Source of the DNA: Obrimoposthia wandeli
Lineage: Eukaryota
DNA: 55,582 bases
Reading direction: 5' to 3'
Assembly: GCA_977020255.1 (NCBI GenBank)
Contig: CDROCS010000229.1
Coordinates: forward strand, 62,001-117,582
Shown here: piece after piece, positions 1 to 12,849 of the stretch
Layout: each line of letters begins with the position of its first letter
Position numbering within the stretch: position 1 is the first letter of the stretch
Notes under the pieces: model-generated
The model's input: only the letters and a program-made list of their open reading frames with translations
What the model was told of the DNA's origin: nothing
Databases searched by the model: none
Translations under genes and position numbers: made by a program

Positions 1-1549
1 GATGATTTTATTTCGAAATTATGAAGAATTTGGTATATTTTGGACTTTAAAATTTTATTTTCTAGAAATATTGTGAAATTAAAAGCTAGTCTTGTCAGCA
101 TGTATTTTCTAATATTTCTAATAATTTTTCTTCTCTCAAGTTGATTTATGTTGAAATTTTAGACAAATATTAACAACATAACAGTAAGTTTGGCAACTCT
201 ACACATTTATTTAGAAATTTGTTATTAAATTTTAAATCAGTATTTTCTGTCTAAAAATTTTTCTTTTTATCTTTACAACAAAAATGTATATTTAATAATT
301 TAAGAAAATTTGAAAAACTAAATAATAACGTACTTTGATTTATGCGCTCTTTCATAATAGGACTTGTTCCAAAATTCTTAATGTAAATTTTTAAAAGTAA
401 ATAGAGTAAAATAAATGTAGATTCATAAAATTTCAAAGATACAAACATTTTGAATAACAAAAGTCAATTATGTTAGAAAATGAGACTGAACAATTATTTG
501 ATTTCAATTCATCTTAATAAAAGTTTCATTACGTTCAATTTTCAGTAAACTCATTAAATGACGTTTTATAATAAAAAAGTTTTGGAAAGTTTTATCGTTA
601 TAAATAAATGTAAAGTTAAAAAGATAATCACTTTTAATTCTAGATATGGTGAACTGTGTACAGTCAATGATCTCAAATCTGTTAATTGGATTGACAACGA
701 AATACGTCATAGTGAGCAGTGCAATTCAATCAAAGCATATTAGTAGGAGGATGTGTTCAGTTTAATCCACCTCCCTTCACCGCTCTCATTCACACCATGC
801 CAGTATAGCCACCGGTGACCTAGAGGTTCTGAAGGCTTTCTGAATAACACACTTATCAGATTTTTGTTGCTTTTGCATAAACTGCATTTTAATACAATAC
901 TATAGAGCTATAGTGGCAATGGAATCGTACACTTTGTAAACGTGGGGAATGCTGTCAACAAGTTACGTAATTAACGTGTATGACATTTCAAAAGCTATTC
1001 AAACTCTTGATAAGCCAGACAAAACAGTCCCTTGCTCGTACCCACTTTTTATAGAATTCAAATATCGCATCCTTTTGATCTTACACTACTGGTCTTAGAC
1101 CTTGGCCACAGTATCATTCACTACCAGTAAACTGATCTTCAGTGGTTGAAAGAATTATATATGTTTGAGTTTGAAATTTTTAGACATTCATGCAATTTGA
1201 CAATCAGTCACGTACATACAATATCACGCCATACACAAATACAGGAATTTTTACTTCCCACACACATGCACAGTTTCACAGGACAGATGCTTGTCTAGCC
1301 CTTCCATTCCCGAAATGTTGAGATTAGCCCAGACGCGTATACATACTCATATCAATTACACAATTCAAACATTCATTCAATATTTGAGAAAAGCCATTTT
1401 AATGTATTTAAATCTATGTTTACTGTATTTTAGACAAAAACATTCAACATGTTTGTCTTACTCCAATTTTATGAAACTAAGCATGAAAGACAAAAACATT
1501 CTTTTAATATACCAAGCGCTCTATGGGGATAAAAACCAACTTTAACAAT

Positions 1550-1648
1550 TTGGTTACGTTTGTAAGAAAATTAGTCGTAGTAACCGGCAATTTAACCACT
1601 GTTTTTTTTACTTGCAAGACGCGCATTCTACCATGAAACTGTCAAAAA
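1550..1648 (-). mobile_element. tRNA-derived SINE-like copy (degenerate)
   Basis: Homologous to 9255-9353. The minus strand has a decayed A-box (CATGGTAGAAT), a B-box-like GTGGTTAAATTGCC, and a shared non-tRNA tail CGACTAATTTTCT. Confidence 0.55.
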
Positions 1649-2609
1649 CCCAAATAAATTATGCATAAAATATATATTTTATCTATAAGTTATTGCATTC
1701 TGCTTCAGTCTATTAATTTAAATAAATGTAATTTTTATCAAGTTCAAGCAAATCAAACAAATGAAAAAAAATATTTTAAAAAGGATGAAAAGTAGTATAT
1801 AGTGTTGATACAACGCCAACTAAACCAATAATAATAGGACCCCATTGATTTTGTTGGCATTGTATCAACACTATAGTGCTTAAAATATTTAAAATCTATA
1901 TATGGTCAATTTTAGTCAAAATGTCGTTAAAATGGCCTAAAATCCAGCATACTACGCCAGTACCCCTGTACTTTATTTTTGGTAACAGTTTTCTTAGTGG
2001 TACTAATCGTCTTGTTGGTTCGAAATTGCTGAGTATCAACAACAAGTACATGCATTTGTTCTTTGAATAAACATTTGAAATTATTACATTTGCATTTCAT
2101 AAAACAGATATTTACAAATTTATAGAGAAAACATTAAAATGTTATACATTATGGAAAATATTATTTTTCCTTGAATATAAATCAAAATTTAATTATTAGA
2201 TGATTTTACTTTAATATAATTCAATGTTAGTTTAAAAAATCCATAATAAACCAATACAAATTACCATTTTGAGCTTCTTTATCTTACGTTGTTCAATCTG
2301 AATTAAAATAATATTTTATATTTTGCTTCATATCAGGGATAAATGTTAGTTATTAACTCACAAACTAATTTTATATTTCAAATATTTTAACCGATAATAC
2401 TTCATTTAATTTTTTAAAAAATACAATTAATTAATTAGACAAAAGTAAAAGTTGTATATTACTTATTAAAGTACAATAGAAATGCATTGTAAAATTTACT
2501 AAATTAACAGGGGATCTCTAAAAATGGACAGTATTTATATTTCCAATGCCAATAGACAACATTTATTAACAAAACGTGTGTTATTATATGAAACAGTTAG
2601 TTATTCAAC

Positions 2610-3990
2610 TAAAACAAGAATCTGAACATTGATCTTTCACCTTTCTTAGCATTTTTTAACTTTCCCAATAATTTCTTAAATATACTCTTTGTTCAACTTA
2701 CCATTTTAGTTTTCGAGCAGATTAAAGTATTTTATTAGTCTTGTTTGATATACCTGCAATTTAGGGATACCCCAGAAGTTCTCAATGGGTTTCATGTAGG
2801 ATTGTATTCCTTAACAACAAACACGATCTCCAATTGACTTCAATGTTTCAAATGTGGGGTTTGCATAAAGTGAGGAAGCTAAATCGGCCAAAAGAGCAAA
2901 TTATATCAGTGCTATTTTTGTATAAATAGGATAAGTCTTTCAGACATTCTATTGGCATCAATTTCCTTATTGTTAGTGGCGAATGATGAAGCCCTAAAAA
3001 GAGATGACATTCCAGATGGAGTGATTTCCAAACTAACCAAGACTATTGCTTCAAATTTCTTCTTTACATTTCCATTTAGTGTTCTTTACACTGTACTTTC
3101 AAAAATATTTAGTTCTTTGATGTACTCTCAACGGCATAACGACTCTTACCAAGATGGCTCTCATAACTTTCTGCCAGATGCACATTGTGTTAATGAAATA
3201 TCCAATTAATGATTTAAGGGTTGGTTATGCCATGTGATTAATGCTTTTTGAGAATATTATTTAAAAAATTCAAGCCCTTTTTTAATACAAACACGGTAAT
3301 CATACATGTTTATTGTCAATGTTAGATATCGCATGTGATGTGAAAATGTATAACATTAGACTAGAAATTTTCAATTTTAGATAACAGTAAATCTTTCTAA
3401 CATTTTTTTGAATTGTTTTTCTTTTTAACAATGTTTCTGTATCTGAAATTAAACATATATGCAATTTTCACATTATCAATCTAAGATAATTTAGCTAAAT
3501 TCACAAATCGGGATATTCTTACAAATAAATCATATTCAATTTTTTTTAAAGTATGTGCACCAAAACAGCTGTCATTTTTAGATTTATCAAATACCATTTT
3601 TCAAAGTTTTGTGACAAATATTCACAAAAATAGTTTAAATAAATTATGATTTAATTTAGAAACTATTTTGTGGAAATTTGATTTAAATATGTTTAAATTT
3701 GTCAAGATTTAACTTTTAAAAACTCCAAAAAGATGTAAGATAAATAATATTTTTTAAGTTACTTCATACATTCAAATTTTTATATATTATATTTTACAAT
3801 TTAAAATATCAAAATTTGAATCTAGCTATCCCATTGTTTAATGTAAATGAAAGCAGCTTACCCACGTTTGGTTTGTCAGGAGTTATTTCAATTCCTTCTT
3901 TTGTATATTGAAAGTTAATATTTTGTTTTGTAAGATTTCCATTCATTGATTCGGTTTTCGGGAAAGTATAGATTCCTTTTTTATAATCCG
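2610..3990 (-). pseudogene. Decayed protein-coding remnant of unknown family (possible exon ~3860-3995 plus a long stop-interrupted frame ~2610-3350)
   Basis: Short open segment GSDYKKGIYTFPKTESMNGNLTKQNINFQYTKEGIEITPDKPNV, bounded by an AG acceptor and a G|GTAAG donor. Downstream is a protein-like frame (…FEAIVLVSLEITPSGMSSLFRASSFATNNKEIDANRMSE…) with many stops. No recognisable domain. Confidence 0.3.
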
Positions 3991-4318
3991 AACCCTTAAT
4001 ATAAAATCCAAAAATAAATATTTTAGATTATTAATAAAATTTCTAATTTAGTTTATATGTATTGGAAAAAACAAAATTTTCATCAACTTTAAATATTTAT
4101 CTTAATTTTATTTTAATAGTTTAATAGTAAAAATATCATGGGTTGAAAATTTATTGCTGATTAAACAGATTAGTTTAATCAGCAATTAATAGGAATTGGC
4201 AAATACGATTCCATGTCGTATTATGCACTTTAAAAAAAGTGTTGATTATTCAGGAGGTAACAGAAACAAATCAGTAGAGGTTGTAGCAGTTGTCAACACA
4301 TATGGTAGAAGTAGTGCC

Positions 4319-4565
4319 TGTGACAAAAGACAAAAGTGATGGAAAAGTATATCATAATGGAAAATGCTAAAATGAAATAAAATTATATTTATTTTTATGA
4401 TTCTAGAATGTTTGTAAGATAGAGTGAATCATATGCTCAATAATTGAATTATCCCATGATATCCTAAGTCGAAGGTCAAGGATGAAGGAAGAAAGAAGAA
4501 CTTCTGGGGTTTTGTTTCAATATAAATTGGTGATATACATATATTGACACGAAACAAATCTAACA
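4319..4565 (+). repeat. 5' LTR of Gypsy A
   Basis: TGTGACA…AATCTAACA, homologous to 7747-7992 (shared CATGATATCCT…GGTCAAGG…TATAAATTGGTGATATA). The 5' boundary is approximate. Confidence 0.75.
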
Positions 4566-4575
4566 TGGCGTCCAC
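4566..4575 (+). promoter_or_regulatory. Primer-binding site
   Basis: TGGCGTCCAC immediately follows the LTR-terminal CA. Confidence 0.7.
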
Positions 4576-5254
4576 ATTACTGCAATTTGTCGAGCCACCA
4601 TAGAGGTTCAAAATGGGAGAGAATATAAAATGTCCTATAGAAGTATTCAAATATTCAGAGATTTACGAAAATAGAAGAAGCAAGATTCATCACATTTCAG
4701 TGCGAGCGTTTTTATCAAAATAAGTAACGAAAATTAGACTCGGTAGAACCAAATAAGATTTATCAAGAAAGTCTTATTCATATTTTTAAGTAGAAAACAA
4801 CATTAGCACTATATTTTAAAGATGCATTACAGTTTAAGCAAAATTCGTTGTCGGTGTCAGAATTTTTTAAAGAAATTGACAAGTTGAAAGAAAGAAAGAG
4901 TTCCAAAATAAATTTAACAAAGAAAGCGTCAAAATATTTCTTATTAATAATTCTCTTAATAATTATGAGGTGAAACAATACCTAAAACTGCAGAATATTG
5001 AAGATAAAGAAGCTATGAAAGACCACTCTCAAGATAAGAATAAATAAGGAAAAACTGGAAAATAAATGCAATTAAGCCCAATTATAGCGAAATGGTGGCA
5101 ATAAATAAAATTCAGTTTAGTAAAAGGTCACAAGGTAAGGATTAATTTAAGTTATCTAAAACCAAATTTCCGGAATAAAAATACGATTTCGATGTTAAAA
5201 GCAACAATATGAATTGCAAACTTGAAGAAATCATAATAATTAAAAGATGCTAGG

Positions 5255-5305
5255 CATGTCGAAAAGAAGGACACATACGAAACGAATGTCCCAACATAAA
5301 ATGAT
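5255..5305 (+). pseudogene. gag: gag CCHC zinc knuckle remnant
   Basis: C*ACRKEGHIRNEC matches CX2CX4HX4C. Confidence 0.75.
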
Positions 5306-5699
5306 ATCATTGTAAAAAATCACAATTCAATTATCACTGTTATAAAGAATTTTCAGCATGAAGAAGAAAATAAGAAGGAGTAATTGACGTAGACCACAAA
5401 GAAACAGAATAATACCACGAAGATGATAGTGATTTAAACTGCAGAACTCCACCACGAGATTAGGTGATCCAAGCATTACTAATTTTGTGGGTGATTCTTT
5501 TGTGGAAAATTGTATAATTGAAAATCAGTTGTGTAAAAAATTTAATAAAATTAATAATTGCATATTTGATTATGATTGTGGATGTATTGTTTGATGATAT
5601 TGTTAATAATTTATCTACAAAAAGTCAAATTACTTATATTAGTATATCAGTTCGTAGTATAAATAGCAATAATAATAAAGGGGGAAAATTATAACATAT

Positions 5700-7700
5700 G
5701 ATTCGATGAGAAATAGGCCTAGTGTTTCAATAGGAGTAGATGATAATTATTACCGGTGCAAAACATAATGTAGTTGGAAAGTAGTTTATTGAGTGATCAA
5801 CAACTAAAAACGATGAAGTATAATGACTTGAAAGTAAAATGTGCTAATGAAAGTATATAAGCTATTTTAGAACATTTTAAATTATCAGTGGAGATGAAAA
5901 GCATCGATTGGTGGCACAAACTTTTTAAATTTGTTTAATTACAATATTGACATTTTTAAATAAAACTATACCTAATGATATACTTGATTTTGAGATACAT
6001 TTTAATGACGGTGAGATACAAAGGCTAGTCGAGAAGTACGATATAATATTAATGAAACCTAAGTTGGATGCTGGAAAAAGAATATTTTAACGAACTTAAA
6101 ACTCATCCTAACTCACATAACACGTAAAATTGAAAATAATATAATAGAAATGAAATATATTGAAATTAAAGGAGAATGCGAATCTACATGGACCTCTCCA
6201 TTAATATATATAAAAGAGATACTGATTATGTAAGGAAGGGGTTAGATTTTTGATTATTAATCGAAGTTACAGAGAGACCTGTATTTCCTGTATTGATGAA
6301 ATTTTGAATGGCCTTCAAGGCATGAGATGTTTTTTGACAATTGATCTCGGAAATGAATACTATTTTCATATGTTATAATGAATACTCACAACTTAAAACA
6401 GCTTTTTCCAAATAAGCATACACAATAATATTTTACTATAGTGTCTTTTGGATTTGCAGCGGCTCCAGCTTCCTTTCAACGGTTGATGAATAAGGTTCTC
6501 GTAATATTAATTGGAAATCTTATATTGCATATCTATGCGATATTTTAGTTTATTCAAGACATTGTCAGATCATTACAAAAACAAAGAGGAAGTGTTTTCA
6601 GGAATACACGAATACCGTCTCAAGATAAGCACTTAAAAGTGTAATTTCCAAATGATGCCAGTTAAATTTCTAGGTCATATTTTAGACGAAATTGGTTCAA
6701 GAACAAATACCGAAAAGATTGATGATATTAGAAAGTTTAGTAGCCCTAAGTATATTAAAAAGCTAAGAAGGTGTTGGGTCTGGCAAATTATTACCGAAAG
6801 TTTATAAACAGTTATACGAAATACTCGAAGGCATAAGGCTGTTTTTGCTTTTAATAATAATAAAAAGCATATTTGAACAATTGATTGAAAGACGCTTTGT
6901 AAAAATAAACGCAAAATTATGTGAAGCTCCTGTGTTGGTGTTTCCAGATTATACGAAGCCAGTTATCCTAGATACAGATAGAAGTTTTGATTAATTAGGT
7001 ACTGTATTATCACAATTAGATGAAAATAATAAATAAATATTTATTGCTTATGGAGCTCATGCTGTGTTTCAACATGAGATTGGATACTGTATTACAAAAA
7101 AAGGAATTACAGGCGGTTTATATTTTACTAATAATGTTGGGCACTATTAATACGGAAAAATATTTACTTTTATAAAAGCAATTTTCATAAAGCAATATCA
7201 TTTATGATTAAATCCAAGGAGCCAAAAACTGCACAATTCCGGACGAGGATAAATTATTTAAGTAGAAAAGAGAGTTTGAATTTCAATATTGGAAAAGAGA
7301 AAGCAACATAAATGCTGATTCATTGTCAAAAAGTGAATGTTTAACGTGTTTAACGCCAGACAGTTCATCAAAACCAAAGTTATCTCGTTTGACAAGAATA
7401 TTTGCTTTAGTAGCAAAAAATGGAGGTGAACAACGGAAACAAGATAGTGACGGAATTATTCAAACAATTAATAGAATCTGTGAAAGATTAGATATTTTAG
7501 CGATAAAAATGGGTACAGGAAAAAGAAACAATATATTTTGAATTAACAGAAAGAAGTATGTCATGTAAGTACTGTAAAAGTACAGAAATATTTCGAAGAC
7601 CATTTTGATATGAAAATTTGAGAAATTCAATAAAACAAGTAACCAAAAGCTGTGAAAAATATCTACAGGCCAAACTAAAAAAAAACTAAAGAAGCCACAT
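5700..7700 (+). pseudogene. pol: pol remnant (protease, RT, RNase H), frameshifted; integrase largely missing
   Basis: Motifs WTSPL, FLTIDLGNEYY, KTAF, FGFAAAPASFQRLMNKVL, YL(C)DILVYS, KCNF…VKFLGHI, APVLVFPDYTKPVILDTD, IAYG, YCITKKELQAV, HINADSLS. Confidence 0.9.
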
Positions 7701-7746
7701 AATTTTAATATTTTGGAATCGAATTTTGTAGAGTTTTGTAGACTAT

Positions 7747-7992
7747 TGTGACAGCGTTAAATAATAATAAAAAATAAGCTATTATATATCAGGCCAGCAA
7801 ATATATAGTTATTTATATGATGCTAGTTTGTTATTGAATGAATGTATGACATGTTCAATTACTGAATTAATCATGATATCCTCAGTCAAAGGTCAAGGTT
7901 GAAAGAAGAAACAAGAACTATATGCTGTGTGTTTTTGGGTTTGAATATAAATTGGTGATATAAATGTATTGATACGAAACGAATCTAATACA
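7747..7992 (+). repeat. 3' LTR of Gypsy A
   Basis: TGTGACA…AATCTAATACA, homologous to 4319-4565. Confidence 0.75.
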
Positions 7993-8019
7993 CGTTAAAA
8001 TGAGTGAATAAGGAAAATG

Positions 8020-8440
8020 GCCATAAGTTAGAATATTTAATTTATGTTTTGGCGAATACCGTTTCACGAGAGTGGCTAAAGAGTTTGTGGAAGGGAAGGA
8101 TATGGTAAGACCAATATGTCGTTTGTTTCGCTTGACGTGTTAGATGAACGGTTTTCTTGTGGTTTGGAAATGTATAAGAGGGCTCTGAATTTTGTGGTTG
8201 CTTTCGCGATTATTTGTTTATTTGGTCTTGGTTAATGAGTAGGTCTGATCATAGAGGGGGTATTTTGATCATTTATTTCTGATTAAGTAAATTTGCATAA
8301 AATAAAAAAGGTACACGTGTTTGTGAGGTTTCTCTTACTGTGTCGAGGTCAATACAAGTGTGTACAAGTGATATTTAAAATGATGAATGTGAAGTCAGCC
8401 ATTTGTTGATGAATTTGAATATAATGATAGTTTGTAGTAT
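8020..8440 (-). pseudogene. Non-LTR (LINE) RT C-terminal fragment
   Basis: The minus strand gives KYP…YDQTYSLTK and then KQIIAKATTKFRALLYI, resembling the LINE 'KYLG..D..L….HI..I..KA…L' segment. Confidence 0.4.
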
Positions 8441-9254
8441 GTTCGAGTTTGAAAGAAGAAATAATACATATTATCGCTACATTATCTTATAACTTTTTAA
8501 TTTTTTTCGGAAATTTCTTGCATCATCCATTCAACACTTTATATTATTATCAAACTATTTCACATATTCAGGAGCTCGTTATTTTATGATATTGGAATTC
8601 ACTAATTGTTTTTGTTTAAGATTTTTTTATGTATTCACATTTTTATTTTCATTTTTTGCCAAATAAAACTTTCATTTTTAAATTTAGTTTTTTAAAAAAA
8701 GTTTAACTCAATTTTTAACGCTTTTAAGAATACATTGCAGTAATTACAAGTCGTAAGTTATTGTAAGTTACCTTTATCTTATATTGTTATTTTTAATAAT
8801 AGTTAATATTTTTGTATTCTTTATTGATTTTCTTTGATTTGAAAAATAAAGATAAATGGTACTGAAATTAGCAAGGAATTAGAAACAAGATGGATTGTTC
8901 CTTTGGGAAATTAGTATCAGACTAACAAGAAAGCATACTTCAGCGATAATGACTAATTTAATTTATATTGGTTTCACATGTAAAGAATATTTAAATTACA
9001 AGGATATAATGTTATTTTCCTTTTATATGTCTAATAAAGCAAAAAAACTTGCTTTAAATTTATTTATTCCAAAATTAATTATAAACAAAAAATTAGTTAT
9101 CAGTAATTCAGAATTAAAAAATAGTTTTATATGATTTATTCAAATTATTAAAACTTTTATTTTTAAATTTTAATTAACAATATTTGGGAAGTTTTCTTAA
9201 TTAAGATTACTTTTTAATACATGTGCATAAAATTCGTGTATATTTTACCTACAT

Positions 9255-9353
9255 TTTGTTAGGTTTGTGAGAAAATTAGTCGCCGCAACTGGAAATTGAA
9301 CCACGGATTTCACTACTTGTAAGTTGCATATTCTACCACTGAACTATCGAGGC
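9255..9353 (-). mobile_element. tRNA-derived SINE-like copy (tRNA-like part 9282-9353)
   Basis: Minus strand GCCTCGATAGTTCAGTGGTAGAAT…CCGTGGTTCAATTTCCAGTTGCGGC has A and B boxes and a 6/7-paired acceptor stem, but broken anticodon and T stems. The tail is shared with the 1550-1648 copy. Confidence 0.65.
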
Positions 9354-12300
9354 TTGTAATTTCTGCCGATAACCAAACTAAAAATGTGAATGGAGATGTT
9401 TCATTTTTGATTTGTAAGTAGCAGAATTTTGTCAAACAGTTATCTTATAATTTACATAATATATCATGAAATTGAATCAAAGTCAACAAAGACGGCACAT
9501 AATAATATAACATAAATTAAAAATCCATGAGAAGCAAAGGAACCAATAAACAAAACTATAACCCTGCTTAACCGAAATAATAACATCAAACTTACGTATA
9601 CTACAGATGTATGAGGAAACAAATTAATGCAATATAATTTTAAAGATTCTCATGACCATACGAGTTATTTGTTTAAGTCTTTGTTTTCTCTTTGGGTTTG
9701 TCAATCAAATAACATTGCTATTTTTATTTAAAAAAAACATTTATTAATTGTACCGTAAACAGCTCTTCGTCCTCTAAACTTCACCGTTGAACACGAATGC
9801 CACCACCCAAGTTTTGAAAAATGTTTCCGTTTGATAACCTTTCTTTGATTGTTATTGAAAAGAAGTTGCTAGAACATATCATTGCAGTCCTATAGGATTA
9901 TGTGCATATTTTTTCTTGGTAATGAACCTTCAAGAATCGGATAAGGTCAGAGCTTATTAGTGAAGATTATAAACTGAACAGAGAAATTAATTCGTTAAAG
10001 TCGGAAGTTTGTTGTAAGCATGCTTTGTTATAATGAAATTAATGTTACTGTTCTTGTTCCTCAGTTCGACGCTGCAGAAATCCAGAAGTTTAATAATACA
10101 TTTGGAAATGGTCTAAACTAAAACTTTTTACATTTAAAAATTAAAATGCTTTCTATTTATTAAAATATTATTTAATTATTGACAGATTTTAATATCAATG
10201 TAACTTGTGAACTGGACAATAACTTATAATTGTAAATTCTGAAAGTAAGGAAATATTGTGATGAGTACATTAACCAATCTTCAATCATCATTATACCTTT
10301 CATGCAATAGGACTTTCACAAATAAGGCAATGAAAAAGGAACAAAGCACTCCTATAATAACACTATCTTACTCTATTATTTAAAACGATTGATTTGAAAG
10401 AGCAAAACTACAAAGGGTGAACAAAATCGAAGTTTTCTGGTCATTTATAAAGTGGGTTGTTTATTGTAAAATCATTTTGTAATATTTTCGATGAAATAAG
10501 TGCTATTAATTAAATTTTTTCATGCTTTTCTTCTGTTTAAATACTTTTTATGAGCTTGTACAGGAAAATAATTTACAATCATCTATTTATATGCAAAATT
10601 TCTTTAAATTGCGCGTGTAAGAATGAAGCTGTCTCATGTCAGGTCGACAATATCATGTGTTGGTGCTTATAAAGAAATAACACAGCCTTATTGTTTTAAA
10701 GAGTCACTAAAGGCACTATAGATTATTTAATTAATTTTAAAAATATCTATTTATAATTTTTGTCATTACACATTAGTTTAATTTATTGTAAATAATAAAA
10801 ATTTGGATTATTTTTTACTAATAAAAGGTTATATTAATACTTACGTAATTAGCGGGGATTGACATGTTTTCATATATCAGGTAAAGTTCATCTGGATATA
10901 CTGAAAAATAATTTAATGTAATTATTCTTTCTAAATCAATAAATGAATTAAATTCAACAAATATTCTAGCAACTTATCGTTTAATTTATCTAGTAAATCC
11001 TTCACCATCATTGTCACATGAAATAGCTGAGTCAGTTAAGGCTATGGCGAAGAGTTACGGCTCAGTGAAAAATTGGGACATTACAAAAATAAAATTGAAT
11101 TCCATAGATATAAAGTTGAATTCCATAACCTATAGTAAAATGAAATTAATAATTAACACACTAATAAAAACTTACCATTCAACATAAATGTATAACATGG
11201 CTGCAAAATCAAATCCATAAATATATGGACGCATACATACACTAACATGCATGGGTAGAAAAAAAGTTGATATGTGATTTTAATACATAGGACAATGAAA
11301 CAAAGTAAATACCATAAAAGAAAATGACCTAAACTCAGTTTTTTATGTGTTTTTTTGAAGTTTAGAACGAATTTATGGGCATGTAAAGGTAATTTAAGCA
11401 ATATATTTTTAATTTTTAATCATAAATATTGCAGAAAATAAATTAGAAGGTACGGTTGAAATATTCACATTTCGTGAAAAAAATTAGGTTTAGGGTATTT
11501 TTTGCTTAGATCAATGAATTTAGGTACTCTTTAAGGGATAAACCAATACTAGTGGACGCCTAAATGAATTAGTAGAAATATTTAACGACAATAAAGAAAA
11601 AATAAACAATTTGAGAGATTTTTCGTATTCAAACATATAAAAAAAAAGATTGTAAGAGATCCGCGAGGCAGTTCAAAACTAGAAAATCACAGCGGCAGCA
11701 TGAAACTTGCGAATGCTTGAATTAGATAAATATTAGTAAACTTTCTAGAGGCTCAGTCAGTCCGGTGTACGCCAATGACTATGTATGGGAAAATGGTTAG
11801 TTTCTAACTTAACAATTACACAGAAAGCAGCATATAACGATGTAGGAAAAAAGTTTAACAAAATAAGGGTTTACTATCCAATTAATAAATTACTATTTTT
11901 GTTACTTCTGCCTTGGATTTGACTTGAAAATTTCATAAAATAAATCCAAATTATTCTAATAATCATATAAATAGCAGCACATCCAGCTTGTAGACAACTT
12001 TTGGCCATCTTGTAGCCATCTTGTAGCCATTTTACATCCAGTCATTGGTATTCAGCTTTACAATTGAGCTAACCAATTTGATTGGGTGTACTAGTGAAAC
12101 GGGCCTTGGTGTTGCACCAGTAAACAATATTTTGCCCGAAAAACGCTCGCCATTATGAGTTAATTTTAAGATTTTTATTTTCAATATTAGATATATATGA
12201 TCGATAAAGATTATTTACAGTTGAAAATATGATTTCTATCCAAATTTAAATATTAACAAAAAATATAATTTTAGGAAATAAAATAAATACAAATATGAAT

Positions 12301-12849
12301 AATAATTAAATTATTTAGATCTGAGAAAAAAGATTTACTAATTTCACATATTTTTGATTTAAATTTGAAACTTGAACAATTTATGTAGATATAAATTAAA
12401 TTCAGAAAATATTACCAACGTTATCAATGTGTCCTCTGATCCACTTTCTAATTTCATATTCAATTTTACTTTTTTGTTATTAAAAATATTATAAAAAAGA
12501 TTTGATAATTGAAACATTTTCTTTTAAATTGGTTATAAATTGATTAAGTTAAGAAGGTAAAATGTATTTTTAATATTAAATATGAATGCTTATTATTATT
12601 TTTCCAATGTTATATAATGTTAATTCAATAAAAATGATCAAGAGTTAGAAAAAATTAGTGATCTAAATCCGATTCTATCTGTGATGAAGAGTTTTAATAA
12701 GCAATTGGTGTGTTGAATTGATAAAACAGTATGGGGCTTCAGAAACTCATACTGACTGAATAAAGTGTATTAAGACTACAAATATCATAACATAATCTTC
12801 TTTTTACAACATTGCAACGGGCTTATATAAACAATATTAACCACTTCAA

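Larger units (their letters stand above)
4319..7992 (+). mobile_element. Decayed Ty3/Gypsy LTR retrotransposon (element A)
   Basis: Two diverged ~246-bp direct repeats with TG…CA ends, a PBS, a gag zinc knuckle, and RT/RNase H motifs in Gypsy order. No TSD found. Confidence 0.9.

Noticed and set aside
251-2070. Short ORFs at the start of the window
   Set aside because: Most have non-ATG starts and AT-driven composition, and none shows a recognisable motif.
9800-10030. Minus-strand MICSSNF as a THAP domain
   Set aside because: The His of CSxHF and the other THAP signature residues are missing.
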